Below, piece after piece: positions 21,001 to 27,597 of a stretch of DNA of 64,000 nucleotides (position 1 is its first letter; every line of letters begins with the position of its first letter). The position numbers and the translations under genes are program-made. Source of the DNA: Schmidtea nova (taxonomy: Eukaryota); assembly GCA_044892505.1 (NCBI GenBank), contig CM097883.1:302436001-302500000 (forward strand), given 5' to 3'. The notes under the pieces were generated by a model. The model saw only the letters and a list, made by a program, of their open reading frames with translations. It did no database searches and was not told the DNA's origin.

Positions 21001-23278
21001 GACATGTGAAGAAAGGGCAATAATACAAATAAAAAACGCAAAAGGAATCGAACGAGTATGTTGGTCAAAAAAGGACAAAATCACGGAACAAAATAGTCCG
21101 ATGGATTGCAGAATCTCAGAACACGAGCAAGAAATCATAGAGATCAATGACTTAGATCTAAATACCTGGTACAAAATATGCACCGTTAGAAAACAAAAGC
21201 ATCCAAGATCACACAACACAATCGCATGTGCAAAATACCAAACACCTAAAGCAGCCATGACAATACAACAGTCACCCAAAGGAGATTACATCATCGGAAA
21301 ATGTGGAAGAACAGAGACACAAGGAACAGAAAACAAAAAACCCCAGGCAATAGATAAGCAAACAACACCAACCCTACGAATTACAATAGAGAGGCCCGAA
21401 GCAAGAGTTGCCACAAACGAAACCGAAAGAGTGACTTACCAAATGGAAGTATTATGTTTAGCACTCATACTAATAATGATAAAACGATTAGAGGAAGGAA
21501 TAGAAATTGAAACTATGACAATAACAGAAGTAGAAGATACACAGAATACTAACATAAAATGTTGGGCGAGGAATAACGAGGAAATCGGCGTAAATGAAAT
21601 AAGGAAAAGTCGAAAACCAACAACAAATAAAGTAATTAAAGTATCCGAAGTAAAAGCAGATAAGATGTATAAACTATGCCTATTAGAAAAAGAGACAAAC
21701 AAGAAAGGTACCACAAAATGTAAAACATTTCAACCCGGAGAAGTAATAAAGTTCAGAAGGAGAACGAGGAAGAGAAATAAACAAATCAAGCGGAAAGTAA
21801 ACATAACATTAGAAATAAAAGAGATAGAACCAAATGTGAAAAGAGTATGCTGGAGGAAGTACGAAAAAGAAGTAAATAAAAGAACGACACCACAATGTCG
21901 AACAAAAACAGGAACAACGACGATTCAAATAAAAGGTTTAGAAAGTAAACAAACCTACGAAATATGTTTGGTAAAGAAAAATGATCAGATAACGGTAAAC
22001 GACCTAGAATGCGGAATATATACAACTTCATCCGGAACAAGAACCAAAACGTTAACACGGAAAAATAAAAGGAAACAACAAAACAAAGGAAAACCGAAGT
22101 ACACCACTACCTTTAAAAACAATAAACAACCAACAAACCAAGAAGTTACGACGAAACCCGAGAGAAAAACATCAGCAACTCTAACATTATGGAAAATAGA
22201 GAATAAAACATTGGAAATATGTTGGATAATAGTACAGAAACATATAAGAAGACAATCAAGAGAGTGCAGAAAAACAAATAAAGAAATCAAGATCGAAAAA
22301 CTACAATTTAATAGCGAGTACGAAGTATGCGCAATAGAAAAAATGGACGCACTAGGAAACCAACAAGAAAGATGCGAAACCTACTATACACCAGCAAACG
22401 CGACATCAAAAGGAGTAGCAAGGAAAATCGAATTCAAGGAACTAAGCCAAACGAATGAACAAATGGACGCAGAAAAAACAATAACCGACCCTCAAGCAAA
22501 ATGGACACCCGAAGAAGTTATCAAAGAAGTAAAAAGAAAGCAAGAGGAACGAGAACAATTAATGAGAAAACTAAAAGGACAATACGGAATAATGTTCAAC
22601 CAAAGCAAATCTATACAAACAGACGAGAATAAACAAATCAAAGAATTAATTGGCTTAGGAATATTAACAGCGACCATACCAGTAATAATCGCCTTATCAG
22701 CTATATGGATACGCAAGATAAACCCAAGAAAATCAACAACCCAATGGCTAAATATAGATAATACAAGCCATGGAGTAGAAATACTAGAAGAAAAAGCACG
22801 AGAAGAAACAAATAAGAAAGAAACAAAAAGCGGAAAACTAGGAATAAACAACGAAGACAAGGAAATAAAAGAGATTAAAGGAGAAGAGAAAAAATATGAA
22901 AGGCGAACCAGAAGCCTACCGCAGAGTTCAAAATGGTTGGGTCTAACAGTAATACTGACATTAATCAATAGGGAAGAAGCAACAAACCTACAAGCAGGGA
23001 TAAAAATAGTAAATGTCCAGGAGGTCGAGAAAATATGCTGGAGTAGAGAGGATGAACCAATTGGGAAGGATAACCCACTAAAATGTATAATCAGAAAATC
23101 CGACCAGGATATAGTACGAATAGAAGGGATGGATAGAGGAATCATGCATCGGATATGCATAATAGGAAAGGAAAAGAAGTCGGGGCTACCTAAGACAGTC
23201 GTATGTCAAAAATATGAAACGCCCAGACTTGAGTGGTATAAAGTAAAACCAACAAAGAAAAGATCAAAAACACAATAG
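9029..23278 (+). CDS. pol: 4749-aa polyprotein (UBL-Bcl2-like-Env-PR-RT-RH-INT-ANK-FN3/TM)
   Basis: Uninterrupted 14.25-kb ORF in the same frame as gag; domains listed separately below. Confidence 0.97.
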   Translation: MMRKIESENERLNRESQARHAQEWARIQREDEQKQQERERQPLRINMLRETNQTDTREKETTPEINSINPNPTDNESRKGVIQDEGEAEKEIEKEVETEINQEERKEIWKRGMMVIMPNKSVFRFQYNVKEEVGILFNKVNQMVPGVTKLPREAFLQIEGVPKVKLELTDIWENLGVVETKRNVMIIKEIEPEEIPPPIRHETRIRRIFEGKMIRRRLKEIDELGKKMEKVEVIEDKNELTPEINKNKTKPTENIQGETNQTAHINMLRNTTREFSDEEEDSDISSLAGDILNEPEDENKEREVIKTSEPTQIKVDEIQKLLDNSLEVIYNEEFMDKKQYRKFMKALLQMNYKEWLQDREVDMLNRYVRKLIEEPLLNYTISIIINTSTPRIWIKTPFTDDIYRWVEDRLGSSYKNKFIYSQNRLVKKRTHLVETGKWPGEITLLSICDEKEEENLQEVAKEANTCFERRIEPRLEYAKERVLRKNLNSLIEQIIPQVKKHRKELMRSEYEKLKRCIECIRDTSHTRWSQISHDKLIAKMGKTMFRQGKITDLKISVELPNEDTKEIEVVADCTIKELINVINETLVQREPEDEWEDDIIIQYNEHVLWDHDERRLYKIGIWDNHQTIHVIRMDDTPRETAKDEKRERERRKEVVRKLQQIVEIYRNWRTWPEWENVLEELNLNRRIRTPVEKQWNEKGKCWEPKEGEYEEEYERGMEDDCEPEMRRVCMVTRKATPIDLDGPETAAIWLEKEKQKTEEFVEILKTNAHGKRKVIKGLADFFVVNGEDITCLRKVAKAIAEYKRVNEWCPEQLDHVIRKWRNQEFSQEIPQKVHLRIIYPNKDKEELWVGIAEKIRDIKKKLRYEPPFHLQHQGRSLDNSLEIGITPAQLDLMNTLTVEAIAGQPLKRKEENHKPHGSISTPSPMKSVLTPGTSSRRSETTPRETRERTPPQPYDVDEILTDSDDMIEELTELTREKDDNIFERIQELPTTIQVTNTGETEVEEEIIIEEINDLTEDETRGANVENVQLTQEMERWLEERANEPRDVTEETGRATRFVETGTGMDRRPRGRPKTDPATVVIRNKDEKRQDQWELCLRKLNKIAEMKEKETTPICQGEEWISKTIMEILAIIDPELRKYWRITEISEKAKSLYSAISPILPEFIKEKTKSNHLDWQGTTTLIKKLTEGAETDNKYVIAIAYTIYNLLTLSRGRPKPTALERHIKNTAKIIAREIEPYVINKGGWETFIKTNQKKTQAKNMKKKFEKILEELEKEQAETGNAKSSMNLSSIIMMMLIWMISTDSATAFEVFDCDQMKLGEKYSLRGTEQCKDATPVELQKIKKEQWYHVYQEAELIKTMVNECKVQKTRFAFYCGRGHYSAIVMPGTEREPIVLQGEDCEALFKHGEVTTRDKIKIRGKPGMMLQQTYYVAGRITGGEGYCQGETYPIFGVPATNLVVMDTYIVELKSYEAFFEPTTGEMKTLSMCKIDRSMCQTGMSTLVYKPKVNECQLQLLQGAQFDEIQGKTFQEEDDDDKARAKHLKEALENKRQLKPDHREKRIEMRATPTVLITTNQDVGMRFIKGKATLKCSTTVYETNYPGIYVSKQEVPNAKPKIDTMDIKLHLYVNNKMDFLFHRGQASLQKVYYDLINNDCILNREILKTKLAVAITNPDSAMPLLPLREGHFGRVVGEAMYVYICEKTHASLAATTQLKPGTCTNELEIDYKGKVRYVQPVTRIINPPGFEPNPFNCSNAYGPLYQKPDGKWVMFPGRSEVIAPREFELMQLSKDRQFSDVDVSNNGIYSPKDLEAARQNILFPARREALLSNIVTITGGTDYREGPNYELLLSPAHFKKATENMMKAMWGRFLIFGQMMAGILGVILIIQIVRVIITQMLACFDIYKREKKVNWKMVVGFLPFLAKTMVLHGHSKDIHRIKRLLKILAKMKGTDEEVGRKFKKIMNDEQARQQLKRERKGLWERVKGYKTQNDSSDDDDDDDDYKGGQVYKNQAPQYIEKNPADAWKCYAPPPTMYQEPLQGGKNSTMQMMPMTNVYPMIPEDYKMRRCRSVDPQGDTHTIAVMSSNTGPVLTTTIEINGREIEAMIDTGANISAIDIKWIPQEQRREIERTNVHVIACSKEVVEVAGRWWVKIRHLNTEIDTYVAVIPALSVPCIIGTDLMPALFKEIVIDLGTMRLKDRTGQICAIEAKVTSSKQMIIPARKEKICYVKIDPTIQGDMIFEPSKRFEKRKALPMARGLVNINDNGEIPINVVNFDEEDKIIYENERLGKLTPMMDIEIPIEGAEKDKEPTWNIDSELLNEEQKKQLEKLLIEYKDIFAASDLDLGTCDVTLHTIPLTDETPIALRPYKLAEAQKAVAEAEVKKMLDAEVIEPSCSPWQFPVVMVKKKDGTQRFCIDYRRLNTVTKRDTYPLPDINEMLLTLQGAAYFTSLDLKSGYWQIKMKEEDKEKTAFTIGRDLYQFRKMPFGLTNAPASFQRCMNFVTHGIKQCMVYIDDLLIYSSTFEQHIQDIRDVFVRLRQWKLKLKPSKCDWAKEKVTFLGHIVSAKGKEPDPRNIDKVKECPVPKTITQIQEFLGLCGYYRKFIKDYAGIAKPIQELVKKDVSFIWGDEQQTAFETLRDKLITAPILVHPDFKKPFLLATDASGYAAGAVLGQYDDEGKERVIGYYSRTFKKHEKNYSVTEREALAIILAIKHFKYLLWGHIICITTDHQPLVWLGQHKETSSRLMRWAMQLQEYSPDIKFKSGRANANADCMSRLTFPELTDPDVQRICVLIAEDLDFSELKKDQQEDKELGQIIEFLTSRNMEVFKDNKELKEHIGKYQHRYIINKGWLLIQDGEKRLMCLPENRRKEIMTQYHDGKLGGHMSEKKTINRMRQKYHWRTMEEDIKEWIKNCLTCATRKDSGKKWKNPLQPMPIPAEPMTTIAMDVIGPLPESLNGNIYILVITDYLTKFPEAFAMQDQKAKTVAKILVEEICCRYGTPKQILTDQGTNFMSELLNEVTNYFRIAKLRTSPYHPQTNGQTERFNGTLIRMLSNYVSRHQTDWDEYIKLCLMAYRMSIHAATKLSPFQLMYGRECNMPIDLEYQPPLSQYMEDDDYVTKFKERMQEIWKTAELNIKFYQESYKDLHDQKKNVKANDLKPGDWVIIETPEIIPGTVKKLQRPGRGPYEIIYKKDNNVKVKLINRPLIRPIYVNTCRCKKVPKTITTTPENRIITRSQTARINMLRANTSEDDKAEIRQKEIRNIEIILKAREIMGRWHVKDEVGISRDIRHIISRYAQGLPTEPIISELLEKIPEILLLKDVGGQPALHNAIECKNIERAKEFLKIAKETNQNLDVGNREQETPLMTAAIHQADKEMVDLLIKAHFSWTERDREDKTVLNHVIWSSHQPMLKYIITNSTWEIDELVKGDIIKEAIKIGKCNTIRKLIKWKRPEDDTWVLDINEVYSEGQNALLRYLLKFTCDQKTLLTVLDRGNINITKNEEEYKFDIEKEALFNKIRKWCAKPLDKLITYKDINNFNDKYQTIVSEYEELVKILNHPEKCKQVLEKKERESNKKLTPLFKAEAPYQARLDAIQEKAKELLPEFENCKHALEILGALVEKVHAYAKGTYNGNDITTLKKEMPVTFLLPKDGIMPIHRALRNGKDKKVMEIARVMLNCGSNMNMVDEKGDTLMIFAARAKTKTKVLEELYKAGAGLTGKTDKDNSILDVALLTHNWEMVNFIKTISNQEEIDYLTDTVKKPSVLTMMHNVELTEAILTWINPNTNEPAFRINEFTEHNQNWCIRSALITYKWPEILKMFMERKDLRITNSPKEEKYTGKWKELMKTYINNWIKAKKEILEYKSTNKVIPEHVETQEFEASNLTTLAYAKLIEEINVEDDIFDEPGGDDNTDSDDDNNSENSNDQEPPDKEENERKDKKRDKEEKKNEDEKQKNEEGEQRDKGDKNDTQRTGYKSTIKPFFKPELLLLTVILTLVNPSQGMTCEERAIIQIKNAKGIERVCWSKKDKITEQNSPMDCRISEHEQEIIEINDLDLNTWYKICTVRKQKHPRSHNTIACAKYQTPKAAMTIQQSPKGDYIIGKCGRTETQGTENKKPQAIDKQTTPTLRITIERPEARVATNETERVTYQMEVLCLALILIMIKRLEEGIEIETMTITEVEDTQNTNIKCWARNNEEIGVNEIRKSRKPTTNKVIKVSEVKADKMYKLCLLEKETNKKGTTKCKTFQPGEVIKFRRRTRKRNKQIKRKVNITLEIKEIEPNVKRVCWRKYEKEVNKRTTPQCRTKTGTTTIQIKGLESKQTYEICLVKKNDQITVNDLECGIYTTSSGTRTKTLTRKNKRKQQNKGKPKYTTTFKNNKQPTNQEVTTKPERKTSATLTLWKIENKTLEICWIIVQKHIRRQSRECRKTNKEIKIEKLQFNSEYEVCAIEKMDALGNQQERCETYYTPANATSKGVARKIEFKELSQTNEQMDAEKTITDPQAKWTPEEVIKEVKRKQEEREQLMRKLKGQYGIMFNQSKSIQTDENKQIKELIGLGILTATIPVIIALSAIWIRKINPRKSTTQWLNIDNTSHGVEILEEKAREETNKKETKSGKLGINNEDKEIKEIKGEEKKYERRTRSLPQSSKWLGLTVILTLINREEATNLQAGIKIVNVQEVEKICWSREDEPIGKDNPLKCIIRKSDQDIVRIEGMDRGIMHRICIIGKEKKSGLPKTVVCQKYETPRLEWYKVKPTKKRSKTQ
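9365..11727 (+). CDS. Three ubiquitin-like segments in the polyprotein N-terminus (about 9365-9595, 10688-10930, 11525-11727)
   Basis: Beta-beta-helix-beta pattern, e.g. KISVELPNEDTKEIEVVADCTIKELI..IIIQYNEHVL..LYKIGI..TIHVI and VHLRIIYPN..KIRDIKKKL..LQHQGRSLDNS. By eye only; no C-terminal GG. Confidence 0.55.
12302..12782 (+). CDS. Bcl-2-like helical domain within the polyprotein
   Basis: EIEPYVINKGGWETFI resembles BH2 (Bcl-xL HLEPWIQENGGWDTFV). A hydrophobic alpha5-like segment lies about 50 aa upstream, without the canonical NWGR. Confidence 0.65.
12878..14800 (+). CDS. env: Envelope-like class III fusion glycoprotein (chuvirus / herpes gB-like) embedded in the polyprotein
   Basis: Internal signal peptide MNLSSIIMMMLIWMISTDSATA, then FEVFDC..C..YHVYQ..ECKVQKTR..FYCG, about 14 ectodomain Cys, VGEAMYVYIC..C..EL, GIYS..DL..ILFP, and TM WGRFLIFGQMMAGILGVILIIQIV (about 14610-14705). 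This motif order matches chuvirus-type glycoproteins as I know them. Confidence 0.82.
15245..15615 (+). CDS. Aspartic protease domain
   Basis: INGREIEAMIDTGANISAI (DTG at 15326) and downstream IIGTDL flap motif. Confidence 0.95.
15940..17330 (+). CDS. Reverse transcriptase plus RNase H
   Basis: SPWQFPVVMVKKKDG..RFCIDYRRLN, LDLKSGYWQ, MPFGLTNAPASFQ, YIDD (16541), LGH; RNase H ATDASG..EREALA..TDHQPL. Confidence 0.98.
17372..18720 (+). CDS. Integrase (HHCC, DDE, GPY)
   Basis: YHDGKLGGH..CLTC; AMDVIGPL, TDQGTNF, NGQTERFN; GRGPYEI. No chromodomain seen. Confidence 0.97.
18960..20240 (+). CDS. Ankyrin-repeat region fused after integrase
   Basis: GGQPALHNAI, QETPLMTAAI..MVDLLI, DKTVLNHVI, DGIMPIHRAL, GDTLMIFAA..LEELYKAGA, DNSILDVALL: two clusters of degenerate TPLHxA repeats. 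Confidence 0.85.
20940..23278 (+). CDS. Signal/TM-flanked array of Cys-containing FN3-like repeats (polyprotein C-terminus)
   Basis: Five repeats of about 75 aa with pattern (I/V)CW..C..I.I..L....Y.(I/L/V)C..C..(Y/F).T. Hydrophobic segments LLLLTVILTLV, VLCLALILIMI, LIGLGILTATIPVIIALSAIWI and WLGLTVILTLI. Confidence 0.7.
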
Positions 23279-24396
23279 ATCGACCAGCAACTCAGAAGGA
23301 AAATACAACGAACAAACCAAGAGAAGGGAAGAGAAGCACCAATAAAACGAGAGAAAGAATATCACCCCAACAGGAGTGCGTATGCATAGCATTAATACTA
23401 GCAATGTCCAAACGTTTCGACAGAGGAATAATAATAGAACAAATGGCTATAACAATAAGAAAAACAAGCAGCGCCAAACTATGCTGGGGAACATACAACG
23501 AACCAAGGAAAGAATACCAAGTTCAGACAAGCGACGAATCACGAACAAACAAGGAAATCGAAATACAAGAAATACAAATGAATGAAGAAGGAAGTATATG
23601 TATATGGGAGAAAGGAACCCAAGAAGATCAACCCGGAATAGAAAATTGCAAGACATTCCAAAAAGGAGAAACTCTGAAATTCGATGAAGAAGAACTAACT
23701 AAAACAGAAAGAACTCTGACATTAACAGGACTCGATCAGACAGTTAAAGGAATATGTTGGACAAAACATAAACCAGAAGTGGAAGAAGACAACCTAACCC
23801 ACTGTAAAGAAATAAAGAATAAAGAAAAAGTCGAATTAAAGAAAATGGAAGTAAATAGGACATACGCGATATGTACCTTCACCAGAAAAGGTTCAGAAAA
23901 ACCAGAATGCGGATTATATCAGATCTCAGAGAAACTACCACAACAGACCGAACCAGGAGGCGTAGAAAACCAGACAACGAAAAATGACGTCAAACAACTA
24001 CTAAACCGCCATTGGTCTACACAAGAAGTAATGAACAAAGTCAAGAATCAAGTGCAGAAGGAGAAGAAGCCAGAGGCTCAAACCCAAAATGAGATAAAAG
24101 CGAATCAGAATAAAATCAAAGCAACAAACCATGGAAAACCAGTAATAGGACTAATCAGTATAGGAATATTAATAGCATATGGAATACTGACGACAAGCAT
24201 AATAGTATATTGGAGATACAGAAAGAAAAACAAAGCGACAGCCATACAATGGCCAGATATCAAAATTATGAAACAAGGAATAGAAATACCAGAAGAGATA
24301 CAAAAAGAATTTCAAAGAAGAACGAAAGGTAAAGAATTCTGGAAACAAATAGAAGATGAAGAACGATACGAAGAAAAGACGATAATGATGGTATAG
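23242..24396 (+). CDS. Frameshifted continuation of the FN3-like/TM cassette (two more repeats plus TM)
   Basis: Frame open from 23242, overlapping the polyprotein end. CVCIALILAMSKRFDRGI parallels VLCLALILIMIKRLEEGI in the main ORF. TM VIGLISIGILIAYGILTTSIIVYW-RYRKK. Confidence 0.8.
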   Translation, partial: SKTNKEKIKNTIDRPATQKENTTNKPREGKRSTNKTRERISPQQECVCIALILAMSKRFDRGIIIEQMAITIRKTSSAKLCWGTYNEPRKEYQVQTSDESRTNKEIEIQEIQMNEEGSICIWEKGTQEDQPGIENCKTFQKGETLKFDEEELTKTERTLTLTGLDQTVKGICWTKHKPEVEEDNLTHCKEIKNKEKVELKKMEVNRTYAICTFTRKGSEKPECGLYQISEKLPQQTEPGGVENQTTKNDVKQLLNRHWSTQEVMNKVKNQVQKEKKPEAQTQNEIKANQNKIKATNHGKPVIGLISIGILIAYGILTTSIIVYWRYRKKNKATAIQWPDIKIMKQGIEIPEEIQKEFQRRTKGKEFWKQIEDEERYEEKTIMMV

Positions 24397-24522
24397 GGGC
24401 GGATTATGACTGTAAATAATAGTGTAAATAACAAAGCATTACCGTAATAGTATGGGTATCGATATTATAAAAAATTGTAAAAAGATAGAAAAGCAAAGTA
24501 AATAATGTATATAATTTAGAAA

Positions 24523-24879
24523 ATGACCGAACAGGACGAAACAACCGAAATAACTATGGCTATGAGATGGAAAGCACAATGCGATTTATTAGTACGAACA
24601 GTCAACTCATTACAGAACCAATTAGCGGAAAAACAAATGTTACTATCAGAAAGTTATAACAATTGTTTCGAACAATTACACAGAATAGAGGAACAACAAA
24701 GAGCGATAACTGAACTCACCAGAGAAAATCAAAATATAAGCAATATCAATCAAAGACAAGCAATAGAAATAAACCATTTAACACGAGGAGAAAGAGAAGA
24801 ATCCGAAGAAGGATGGATGAGTTGGGTAATAAATAGATTAAACAACGAAGCGGAACCAGATTCAACGAATGAGCCATAG
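24523..24879 (+). CDS. 118-aa coiled-coil protein, unknown
   Basis: ataatttAG-aaa-ATG start; heptad-like Q/E/L-rich core; same A-rich codon style as the element. Confidence 0.65.
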   Translation: MTEQDETTEITMAMRWKAQCDLLVRTVNSLQNQLAEKQMLLSESYNNCFEQLHRIEEQQRAITELTRENQNISNINQRQAIEINHLTRGEREESEEGWMSWVINRLNNEAEPDSTNEP

Positions 24880-24971
24880 ATAAATAAAGCGGAAAATTGT
24901 AAATATGTAAAAATAAAAACAAGAAAAATCAAAAATAAATGACAAGTCGAATGTATATATTATTGTAGAAA

Positions 24972-26348
24972 ATGGACAGAGAAGAACGAATAATCGAAAT
25001 TTTGAGACTAGAAAACAGAAAATGGAGCAAGAGACTCACATGCGGGAAATGTAACAATTTACTACGAGAACCCAGACAAACGATATGTGGATGTAGAATA
25101 TGTGCAAAATGTATACAAGAATTAGATGCAACAGGAATAACAACATGCCCAGAATGTAAAGAAGGAAGAATAGTGTTGGACGAAACCAGAACGGACAAAG
25201 CAACCCAAAGAGAAATTATGAGCACCACAACGGAGTGCGTAAATACACCTTGTACATGGCAAAGACAAATAAGTAATCTAGAAAACCATATGGAAAAGTG
25301 CGAGGAGAAAAGAACCGAATGCGAGAAGTGCCAACAGACAATAATTCTAAAGAAGAGAGAACAACACAAGGACGAATGTAAAGAAGAAGAAATCGCATGC
25401 GAATACTGCCAAACTCGAGAAACAAGGAGGAAAATTGAAGAAGAACACTTGAATATAACGGAAGAGAAAGTATGCGGACAATATACAAGCAAATGTCCAA
25501 ACAAGTGCGAAATAACAGAAGAAATAAAGTTACATGAACATTGGAAAGTATGTACCGAAAGACCAAGGGAATGTCCATATAATAAACAGGGATGTAAGGA
25601 GAAGCGGACGCGGAAAACAATGAAACAACACCTAGAAGAAGCAGCACTAATGCATGTGGAAATGACAAACGAAACGACAAAAGAAACGGAACAGACAATC
25701 CAGAAATTAGAAAAAGAAGTAGAATCACATAAGATAATGATGAGTTTACTACTAGAAACAAGAGAGCAGTTTGAACTAACCCGCCAAAGAATGGAAGAAA
25801 AAATAATAGCCATAGAAGAACTGGGAAAAGGAATGAAAATACAATATAATCAATTAATACGAGAAATTGACGAAAGAAGGGACTTACCAATTGCACCTTA
25901 CTTATGGAAAATAACAGATTTCCGAGACAAACTAACAGAAGCCCGAAATATGACTAAAACAGCAGTAATAAGCCCACCATTTTATTTATGGAAAAATGGG
26001 GTAAAAATAAGATTGAAGGTCTACCCAAATGGAGACGGAAGAGGACAAGGAACACACGTGTCAATATTTTTCTCGTTATGTAAAGGAGAATACGATGACC
26101 TAATAGAATGGCCCTTGAAAGTAGGAGTCATTATAAGAATCAAAAGTATAGGAAAACCAGTGGAAAAGTTCTTCGAGACAGACAAACATACGAGTACGAG
26201 TGAAAAACCAACAACAGAATGCGGACTAGCAGCAGGAGAACCAATGTTTATAAGGAAAGAAAACCTATGGGAACGACTATACGAGGACACTTTATACATA
26301 GAGATGGAGAAACACGAGAAAACGGATAGAAAAGGATGGTTGGCGTAA
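24972..26348 (+). CDS. Full-length intronless TRAF-family protein (RING, about 5 TRAF zinc fingers, coiled coil, MATH)
   Basis: CGKCNNLLREPRQTICGCRICAKC..CPEC; zinc-finger units such as CPNKC..HWKVC and CPYNKQGC..MKQHL; MATH YLWKITDF..SPPFY..YPNGDGRGQGTHVSIF..GEYDDLIEWP. Confidence 0.95.
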   Translation: MDREERIIEILRLENRKWSKRLTCGKCNNLLREPRQTICGCRICAKCIQELDATGITTCPECKEGRIVLDETRTDKATQREIMSTTTECVNTPCTWQRQISNLENHMEKCEEKRTECEKCQQTIILKKREQHKDECKEEEIACEYCQTRETRRKIEEEHLNITEEKVCGQYTSKCPNKCEITEEIKLHEHWKVCTERPRECPYNKQGCKEKRTRKTMKQHLEEAALMHVEMTNETTKETEQTIQKLEKEVESHKIMMSLLLETREQFELTRQRMEEKIIAIEELGKGMKIQYNQLIREIDERRDLPIAPYLWKITDFRDKLTEARNMTKTAVISPPFYLWKNGVKIRLKVYPNGDGRGQGTHVSIFFSLCKGEYDDLIEWPLKVGVIIRIKSIGKPVEKFFETDKHTSTSEKPTTECGLAAGEPMFIRKENLWERLYEDTLYIEMEKHEKTDRKGWLA

Positions 26349-26460
26349 TGAAGGAAGTGACCATGTAAATAAACTGTATAAAACAATATGAAATAACAAA
26401 TAATCAAAAACAATAAAAATAAAAACTGATTAAATATTCTCTTTATCTGTAATTATAGAA

Positions 26461-27522
26461 ATGGGAAATATAGAAGTAACCTTACAAGAAGTAACCGTAC
26501 ATCAAGACGAAATGATCAGAAATCACATGGAGCAGATTGGGATATGGATTCACGCCTATTATCGAAAACAGGAGGAATTAGAAAGACAAACCCAAGCACT
26601 AAGAGAAGCCGAGAAAACGAATCAAAGAAGTCGAGAAAAAATAGAAGAAGTCTACAAACTGCTAAGACAACAAAACGAATACTACAAAGGGATGATGAAA
26701 GAGCGACGAGAGGATAGGGATAGACAACAGATAAAAACAGACCATAAGATTCAGTCAATCACAGAACAAGCAAGATATTGGAAAAAAGAGGCAAAAGACT
26801 CTTACAAGGAAGCAAGGGAGATAATAGAACGAACAGCGTACAGCGATGATTGGAAACTGTTTAAAGAGATCGATGAATTAAAAGAAGAATTAGGGAAAAA
26901 GATCAGTCAAGAAGCGTCAAATAAAGTATGGAGTAAGAAAAGACAACAATTCATCAGGGAACAAGCCAAGAAAATTAAAGAATTAACTTATCAAGTACAA
27001 AGAATGGGAGAAGATTTAGCCAATCAAGAACAATTAAAAGGTATGCTGACCGGAATGTGGAATCACAAGGAAGAAAACATGAAAAGAGACATAAATGGAT
27101 ACCAAGGAGAGATTACCCAGAAGAAAATAGAATTAAAAAGAACTAAAGAAAGACTGGAAGAAACGAGGCAGAGTTATGAAGAGAACATAACCAATTTGAC
27201 AAAAGAAAACGAAGAACTGAGGAAAAAGCTGACAGAGAAACCAATACCAACAAAAGAAACAAGTATCACAGCAGCAGTGACCGAAATGATAGAGAAGGAG
27301 GAGAGACAGAAAAAATTGACAGAACTAGAAAAACAAATAGAAACCCTAACAGAGCAGGCAAACTATCTGGAATACTTATTAGACGAAGAGATCCAGATAT
27401 CCCACACATACCGAGAGGAAGTGGAAATGTGGAGGAGTACGGTAATATGGATGCCGCTCCCCATAAACCAAGTGGAACCTCAAGACGAAGGTTTTCACGA
27501 ACCTAACGAAACCCTCGTGTAA
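26461..27522 (+). CDS. 353-aa long coiled-coil protein, unknown
   Basis: ctttatctgtaattatAG-aa-ATG start; E/K/Q/R-rich helical composition throughout. Confidence 0.75.
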   Translation: MGNIEVTLQEVTVHQDEMIRNHMEQIGIWIHAYYRKQEELERQTQALREAEKTNQRSREKIEEVYKLLRQQNEYYKGMMKERREDRDRQQIKTDHKIQSITEQARYWKKEAKDSYKEAREIIERTAYSDDWKLFKEIDELKEELGKKISQEASNKVWSKKRQQFIREQAKKIKELTYQVQRMGEDLANQEQLKGMLTGMWNHKEENMKRDINGYQGEITQKKIELKRTKERLEETRQSYEENITNLTKENEELRKKLTEKPIPTKETSITAAVTEMIEKEERQKKLTELEKQIETLTEQANYLEYLLDEEIQISHTYREEVEMWRSTVIWMPLPINQVEPQDEGFHEPNETLV

Positions 27523-27597
27523 ATGAGCGGAAACCAATTGTAAATAAATTATGTAAAATAAAAAGTGTCAAGCCGTATTGACCGATGTATAAAAGAG

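Noticed and set aside
23242-23278. Programmed -1 ribosomal frameshift
   Set aside because: No in-frame slippery heptamer or downstream structure seen; a homopolymer deletion is simpler.
7294-27000. Numerous minus-strand ORFs rich in F/L/S/I (e.g. 7294-7872, 19450-20226, 24929-25813)
   Set aside because: Expected shadows of a T-poor, A-rich sense strand; no recognisable motifs.
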